DNA of 64,000 nucleotides from an uncultured Gemmatimonadales bacterium (GTDB lineage Bacteria; Gemmatimonadota; Gemmatimonadetes; Gemmatimonadales; GWC2-71-9). Position 1 is the stretch's first letter. Every line of letters begins with the position of its first letter. This document shows, one piece after another, positions 59,130 through 64,000 of the stretch. The translations under genes were made by a program, and so were the position numbers. The stretch spans positions 1,120,001-1,184,000 of the forward strand of contig CAWCFX010000001.1 in the NCBI GenBank assembly GCA_963795085.1, given 5' to 3'. A model generated the notes under the pieces. That model searched no databases and was not told where the DNA came from. It was given only the letters and a program-made list of their open reading frames with translations.

Positions 59130-59832
59130 CCGAGTAATCGCGATCGACGGCCCCGCGGCGAGCGGCAAGTCGAGCACTGCCCGCGCCGTGGCGACCGCGC
59201 TGGGGTTCGCGCACCTCGATTCCGGCGCCCTCTATCGCGGGGTGACCCTGGTGGCCCTGCGGGAATCCGGCCGGGCCGGCGCGGCCGGTGCCACTCCACT
59301 CGATGCCCTCGAGCCCGACGTCATCCTGCGTCATGCGGAGGACCGGGGCCTCAAGCTGCTGCCCGACGGGCCGGGGTTCGCCACCTACCTGGAGGGCGAG
59401 CCGGTGGACGATGCCATCCGCGCCCAGGATGTCACCGCCCAGGTGTCCGCGGTGTCGGCGGTACCGGTGATCCGGGAATGGGTGAACAGCTACCTCCGGT
59501 CCATCGTACGGGCGGGGAGCGACGTCGTGATCGACGGCCGCGATATCGGCACCGTGGTCTTTCCCGATGCCGATCTCAAGATCTTCCTGACCGCCTCGGC
59601 GGAGGCGCGAGCCGGCCGCCGGATCTCCCAGCGGGGCCGGGCCGTGGATGCCGAGCGCCTGAAGCGGGAAACCGAAGCGCTGGCCGCGCGGGACCATGCC
59701 GACTCCACCCGGGAGGTGGCGCCGCTGCGGCAGGCGCCCGACGCCATCGAAGTGGACACTACGGCGCTGACGTTCGCCCAGCAGGTGGAGGGCATCGTCA
59801 CCCTGGCGCGGGAACTCTTCGCCGCCCAGTAG
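59122..59832 (+). CDS. cmk: Cytidylate kinase
   Basis: IDGPAASGKS, DSGALYR, DGRDIGTVVFP. Confidence 0.96.
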   Translation: MASRVIAIDGPAASGKSSTARAVATALGFAHLDSGALYRGVTLVALRESGRAGAAGATPLDALEPDVILRHAEDRGLKLLPDGPGFATYLEGEPVDDAIRAQDVTAQVSAVSAVPVIREWVNSYLRSIVRAGSDVVIDGRDIGTVVFPDADLKIFLTASAEARAGRRISQRGRAVDAERLKRETEALAARDHADSTREVAPLRQAPDAIEVDTTALTFAQQVEGIVTLARELFAAQ

Positions 59833-59871
59833 GCCGCCGGCCGCCAGGCCGGCGCGAAAAAGGGGACAACC

Positions 59872-60888
59872 ATGGCGGAATCCGCGCGGGTCTCGCGGGG
59901 TGGCCGGTGGGGCCGCTGGCTCCTCGTGGCGGCGGCCGCGCTGGTCGGTTCCACGCTTGTGAGCTCGCTGCTGCTGCTCCGCTGTGCCCCGGAGCCACCG
60001 GCGGCTCCGGCCCAGCCTGTCCCGGCTGCACCGGCCGACACCGCCGGGATGGTCCGGACCGAGATGCGCAACGTGGACTACCACGTGGACGCGGATATCG
60101 TCCTCCGGATTCAGTATCTCCGCGGGCACCTGGTCCCGGTGCGAGCCGGGGAAGTGCCGGTGTTCGAGAACGGTGAATCCTACCGGCTGCGCATCGAAAC
60201 GGCGGAGATCTTCGTGGATACCCTGGATCTCAGCCGGCTGATCAATCGGCGGGTATTCGGCTACCGGGGAGCGCCCATCCGGGACCTGGCCCTCTCGGTG
60301 GACGGCGAGGAACTGGTCCAGCGCGGCAAGCTCGGCAACGTGCCCTTCGTCATCCGGTCCCGGGTGTCGCTGGCGGCCGACGGCGAAGTCCGGCTCCATC
60401 CCGTGGACGTCAAGGTCCTGGGGATCCACGCCGACGGCCTCATGCGCCGGCTGGGCCTCGAACTGGATGAGATGCTCAAGGTGCAACCGGACCGGGGGAT
60501 GCGGATCGAGGGGAACGATTTCCTCCTGGATGTCACCGCCATCCTTCCGCCGCCCCGCGTCCTGGGCCGGCTGGCCGCGGTGAGCCTCGAGCCCGGCGGC
60601 ATGCGGCAGCGGTTCGGACCCCGCGACAGCCTGCCGCCGCGCCCGGTCTTCGGCGACACCATCCCGGCGGCCAATTACCTGGCCTATCGCGGGGGCAGCA
60701 TTCGCTTCGGCAAGCTGACCATGCGGGGCACCGACCTCCTCATCGTGGACGCGGACCCGCGCGACCGTCTCGATTTTTACCTGGCCCGGTACCACGAGCA
60801 GCTGGTGGCCGGCACCCATCGGACCACCCCGGAGGACGGCCTGGTGGTCTGGATGCCGGACCAGAACGACCTCGGCAAAGCGCCCTGA
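59872..60888 (+). CDS. Hypothetical membrane-anchored protein
   Basis: N-terminal TM, beta-rich body, high GC3. Confidence 0.7.
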   Translation: MAESARVSRGGRWGRWLLVAAAALVGSTLVSSLLLLRCAPEPPAAPAQPVPAAPADTAGMVRTEMRNVDYHVDADIVLRIQYLRGHLVPVRAGEVPVFENGESYRLRIETAEIFVDTLDLSRLINRRVFGYRGAPIRDLALSVDGEELVQRGKLGNVPFVIRSRVSLAADGEVRLHPVDVKVLGIHADGLMRRLGLELDEMLKVQPDRGMRIEGNDFLLDVTAILPPPRVLGRLAAVSLEPGGMRQRFGPRDSLPPRPVFGDTIPAANYLAYRGGSIRFGKLTMRGTDLLIVDADPRDRLDFYLARYHEQLVAGTHRTTPEDGLVVWMPDQNDLGKAP

Positions 60889-61054
60889 AAGACGGCGGGT
60901 TTACCGCCCCGGACCAAGAGAAATGGGTGGGTTCGCCGCGGGCGGCTCCGGCCGGGAGCGGTGCCCACAAGGGAGAAGTGCCAGCCAGGGTGGGCTGCAC
61001 AGTGTGCGCCGGGGATGGCCTGGTCGCCTAATTTCGGGTAGCAGTGCCCCGGGG

Positions 61055-61083
61055 TTGTCTATTTGGGGCCCAATTTCTATGTT
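61055..61083 (+). promoter_or_regulatory. Putative sigma70 promoter for rpsA
   Basis: TTGTCT-N17-TATGTT. Confidence 0.55.
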
Positions 61084-61196
61084 CTAAGGCTCTCTCCGGT
61101 CCTTTGGGCCGGCTGAGACGGGCTGCCGCATTCCGCGCCGGTCCTACCCCAACCCGCAGAGTGGCCTGCTGCGGCTATCGAGGAAACCCAATCCGC

Positions 61197-62933
61197 ATGC
61201 CCGAACTGTACACCGCCGAACACCCCTATAGCTCGCCCACCGGCCTTCGCGTCCGGCAGGACCTGATCGACGAAGACTACACCTCCGAAGACTACGAGAA
61301 GATGCTCCCCCTCTACGAACAGACCATGGCGTCTATCGTGGAAGGCGAGATCGTCAAGTCCAAGGTCCTCCGGGTGACCGACAACGCCGTCATCCTGGAC
61401 GTGGGCTTCAAGTCCGAAGGCTCGGTGCCGCTGGACGAGTTCAAAGACCCCCAGTCGCTCAAAGAGGGCGACGAGGTCGAGGTCTTCCTCGAGCATCTCG
61501 AGGACAGCGAGGGCGCGGTCGTCCTGTCCAAGAAGAAGGCCGACTTCATGCGGGTCTGGGAGAAGATCCGCCAGGCCCACGAAAGCGACCAGCCGGTCGA
61601 GGGCACCCTGGTCAAGAAGATCAAGGGCGGGGTGGTGGTCAACCTGATGGGCGTGGATGCTTTCCTCCCCGGCAGCCAGATCGCGCTCCGCCGGGTGCCC
61701 AACATCGACGAGCTGCTGGGCAGCACCTACGAGTTCAAGATCATCAAGCTCAACAAGCGCCGGCGGAACATCGTGGTCAGCCGCCGGGTGATCCTCGAGA
61801 ACGAGCGGGCCCACAAGCGGGAGCACCTGATGAAGGAGCTCCAGGTGACCCAGGTCCGGAAGGGCGTGGTCAAGAACATCACCGACTTCGGCGCCTTCAT
61901 CGACCTGGGCGGCGTGGACGGCCTGCTCCACATCACCGACATGTCCTACGGCCGGGTGTCCCACCCGTCCGAGGTGGTGTCCATCGGCAAGGAAGTCGAG
62001 GTCAAGATCCTGGACATCGACTGGCAGCGGGAGCGCATCAGCCTGGGCATGAAGCAGCTGATGGCCTATCCGTGGAAGGACGTGGCCAGCAAGTATCCGG
62101 TCGGCACCCGGGTGCAGGGCAAGGTCGTCTCGATCACCAATTACGGCGCCTTCGTGGAGCTGGAGCCGGGCATCGAAGGCCTGGTCCACATCTCCGAGAT
62201 GAGCTGGACCCGCAACGTCCGCCACCCGTCCAAGGTGGTCAGCATCGGCGAGACCATCGAAGCGGTCGTGCTCAAGGTGGACGAGAACGAAGAGAAGATC
62301 TCGCTGGGCATGAAGCAGACCGAGCAGGACCCCTGGGTCGTGCTGCCGCTCAAGTACCCGGTCGGCACCATGATCACCGGCAAGGTCCGCAATCTCACCA
62401 GCTTCGGCGCCTTCGTCGAGATCGAGCCGGGCATCGACGGCCTGATCCACATCTCCGACATGTCCTGGACCAAGCGGATCCAGCACCCGTCGGAGGCGGT
62501 CAAGAAGGGCGATACCGTCAACGTCGTCATCCTCAACATCGACGCCGACAACAAGCGGATCTCCCTCGGCCTCAAGCAGGCGGAGGAAGACCCCTGGCTC
62601 AAGATCGGCGAGACCTACCCGGTCGGCACCGAGATGCGGGGCACCGTGACCCGCCTGATGGACAAGGGGGTGGTGGTGGACCTGGGCAACGACATCGAGG
62701 GCTTCGTCCCCATGTCCCAGCTGGGCGTGCCGGATATCGAGAACCCGGGCGATGCCGCCCGCGAAGGCCAGCTGGTCGACCTCAAGGTCCTCGAGGTGGA
62801 CCCGATCCATCACCGGATCGTGCTGGCCGTGGTGAGCTTCCCGGAGGACTCCGAGGAGAACATCCAGGCCCGCGCCGCCGCCATCCGGGCTGCGCAGGTC
62901 ATCATCCCGGACGATGAAGCTCCGATGGAGTAG
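61197..62933 (+). CDS. rpsA: 30S ribosomal protein S1
   Basis: Repeated S1 domains (FGAFIDLGGVDGLLHITDM, RISLGMKQ); downstream of cmk. Confidence 0.97.
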   Translation: MPELYTAEHPYSSPTGLRVRQDLIDEDYTSEDYEKMLPLYEQTMASIVEGEIVKSKVLRVTDNAVILDVGFKSEGSVPLDEFKDPQSLKEGDEVEVFLEHLEDSEGAVVLSKKKADFMRVWEKIRQAHESDQPVEGTLVKKIKGGVVVNLMGVDAFLPGSQIALRRVPNIDELLGSTYEFKIIKLNKRRRNIVVSRRVILENERAHKREHLMKELQVTQVRKGVVKNITDFGAFIDLGGVDGLLHITDMSYGRVSHPSEVVSIGKEVEVKILDIDWQRERISLGMKQLMAYPWKDVASKYPVGTRVQGKVVSITNYGAFVELEPGIEGLVHISEMSWTRNVRHPSKVVSIGETIEAVVLKVDENEEKISLGMKQTEQDPWVVLPLKYPVGTMITGKVRNLTSFGAFVEIEPGIDGLIHISDMSWTKRIQHPSEAVKKGDTVNVVILNIDADNKRISLGLKQAEEDPWLKIGETYPVGTEMRGTVTRLMDKGVVVDLGNDIEGFVPMSQLGVPDIENPGDAAREGQLVDLKVLEVDPIHHRIVLAVVSFPEDSEENIQARAAAIRAAQVIIPDDEAPME

Positions 62934-62956
62934 GTTGGCGGGATCAGGCAGGGATT

Positions 62957-62986
62957 TCAGGGCCCCGATGAGGGGCCCTGATTGTT
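62957..62986 (+). terminator. Hairpin after rpsA
   Basis: TCAGGGCCCC-GATGA-GGGGCCCTGA followed by TTGTT. Confidence 0.65.
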
Positions 62987-62992
62987 AACCGC

Positions 62993-63598
62993 AACTGCCT
63001 CACCGCAGAGGCGCCAAGTGCGCCAGGGAGCGCGAAGAAATCCGAGGCTCAAAAGCCGTTTGCCAATCTCTTGATGCCGTTCTTGAGCAATGTCTCATTA
63101 AAGTTCAACAGGAGACCAATGGGTAGGCCGGTAAGCTTGAGATACGTCAGGACCTGGGAATCGTGAATGGGGGCAAGTTTGTCGACTGACTTCACCTCTA
63201 CCAGTAATGAATTCTGCACGACCAGATCGGTACGAAGTGTCGTCTGAAGGTCATGTCCTTTGTATTTGAGCGGAGTGTGAACCTGCCTTTCCGCTTCAGT
63301 ATCTCGTAACCTGAGCTCCAGAATCAGGCACTCTTCGTACACCGACTCCATCAATCCCGGGCCCATGATCCGATGGACCAATCGCTGCTCCAATGACAGT
63401 CCCGGAAACAGCGTTTACGGCATCCTGCTCCTCAATGGTCCGCATAATGTGCCTTCCTGTTGAGTCAGGGCAAGCACAGGGTTACTGTCGCATGGACCAT
63501 CATCGTTTTTACCCCGGTCGGATCCAAAAACCGCACCCACATCCACAGATGTTCTCTGCGCTCCTTCGCGTCCTTTGCGCCTTTGCGGTGGCGCAGTT
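62993..63598. mobile_element. Inverted-arm cassette carrying a GxxExxY gene
   Basis: Arms 62993-63042 and 63548-63598 are imperfect reverse complements with ~9-bp internal periodicity. Confidence 0.7.
63049..63445 (-). pseudogene. GxxExxY protein (PD-(D/E)XK-like), frameshifted
   Basis: MRTIEEQDAVNAVSGTVIGAAI, then a 2-nt deficit at ~63379, then VHRIMGPGLMESVYEECL...DLVV...VEVK...QVLTYLK..GLLLNF. Confidence 0.85.
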
Positions 63599-63636
63599 TT
63601 TCGCGCTCTTGCTCCTATCTCTTATATTGAACCCCC

Positions 63637-64000
63637 ATGCCAGACCCCCGCACCCTCCTTGACGACCTCCACCACCGCCAGGCCCAGGCCGAGCAGGGTG
63701 GGGGGCCGCAGCGCATCGCGCAGCAGCACCAGCGCGGCAAACTCACCGCCCGCGAACGCCTCGACCTCCTGCTGGACGAGGGCAGCTTTGTCGAGCTGGA
63801 CCGGTTCGTGGTCCACCGCGCCACCGATTTTGGCCTCGCCGACGAGAAGTATCCCGGCGACGGGGTGGTCACCGGATACGGCCGGATCGAAGGCCGGCTG
63901 GTGTACGTGTTCTCCCAGGACTTTACTGTCTTCGGCGGCTCCCTCTCGGAGACCTTCGCCGAGAAGATCTGCAAGGTGATGGACCTGGCCATGAAGACCG
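63637..64000 (+). CDS. pccB: Acyl-CoA carboxylase carboxyltransferase (beta) subunit, partial
   Basis: [37 protein letters not shown]; runs off the window. Confidence 0.9.
   Translation, partial: MPDPRTLLDDLHHRQAQAEQGGGPQRIAQQHQRGKLTARERLDLLLDEGSFVELDRFVVHRATDFGLADEKYPGDGVVTGYGRIEGRLVYVFSQDFTVFGGSLSETFAEKICKVMDLAMKT

Overview
A high-GC bacterial chromosomal segment, mostly on the + strand. Gene content and order suggest Gemmatimonadota (inference, not tested). It is mainly housekeeping: hemW-hrcA-dnaJ-prmA-rsmE, mutS2-dnaG, recJ-rsmD-coaD, an RsbV/W/U-like partner-switching module, rsmA, rex-arcA, two tandem PD40-amidohydrolases, infC-rpmI-rplT-pheS-pheT-zapA-rny-folD-xseAB-ispA-dxs-nadK-recN, galK, tRNA-Leu(TAA), ppk2, aroA-cmk-rpsA and a partial pccB. 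The most notable non-housekeeping signal is a recurring insertion architecture. Small antisense genes (a four-helix-bundle protein at 20.4 kb and a frameshifted GxxExxY protein at 63 kb) are each bracketed by inverted arms built from short tandem units. There is also an 'empty' copy of the GxxExxY-type arms between pheS and pheT, a solitary 8-bp array at 21.8 kb, and a frameshifted IS200-like HUH transposase with REP-like hairpins. Other points of interest: a perfect Rex operator ahead of rex-arcA, a CTG start codon and an attenuator-like leader for infC, and an Arg-rich DRR-repeat insertion in PheS. All calls come from reading motifs by eye; no database searches were run.
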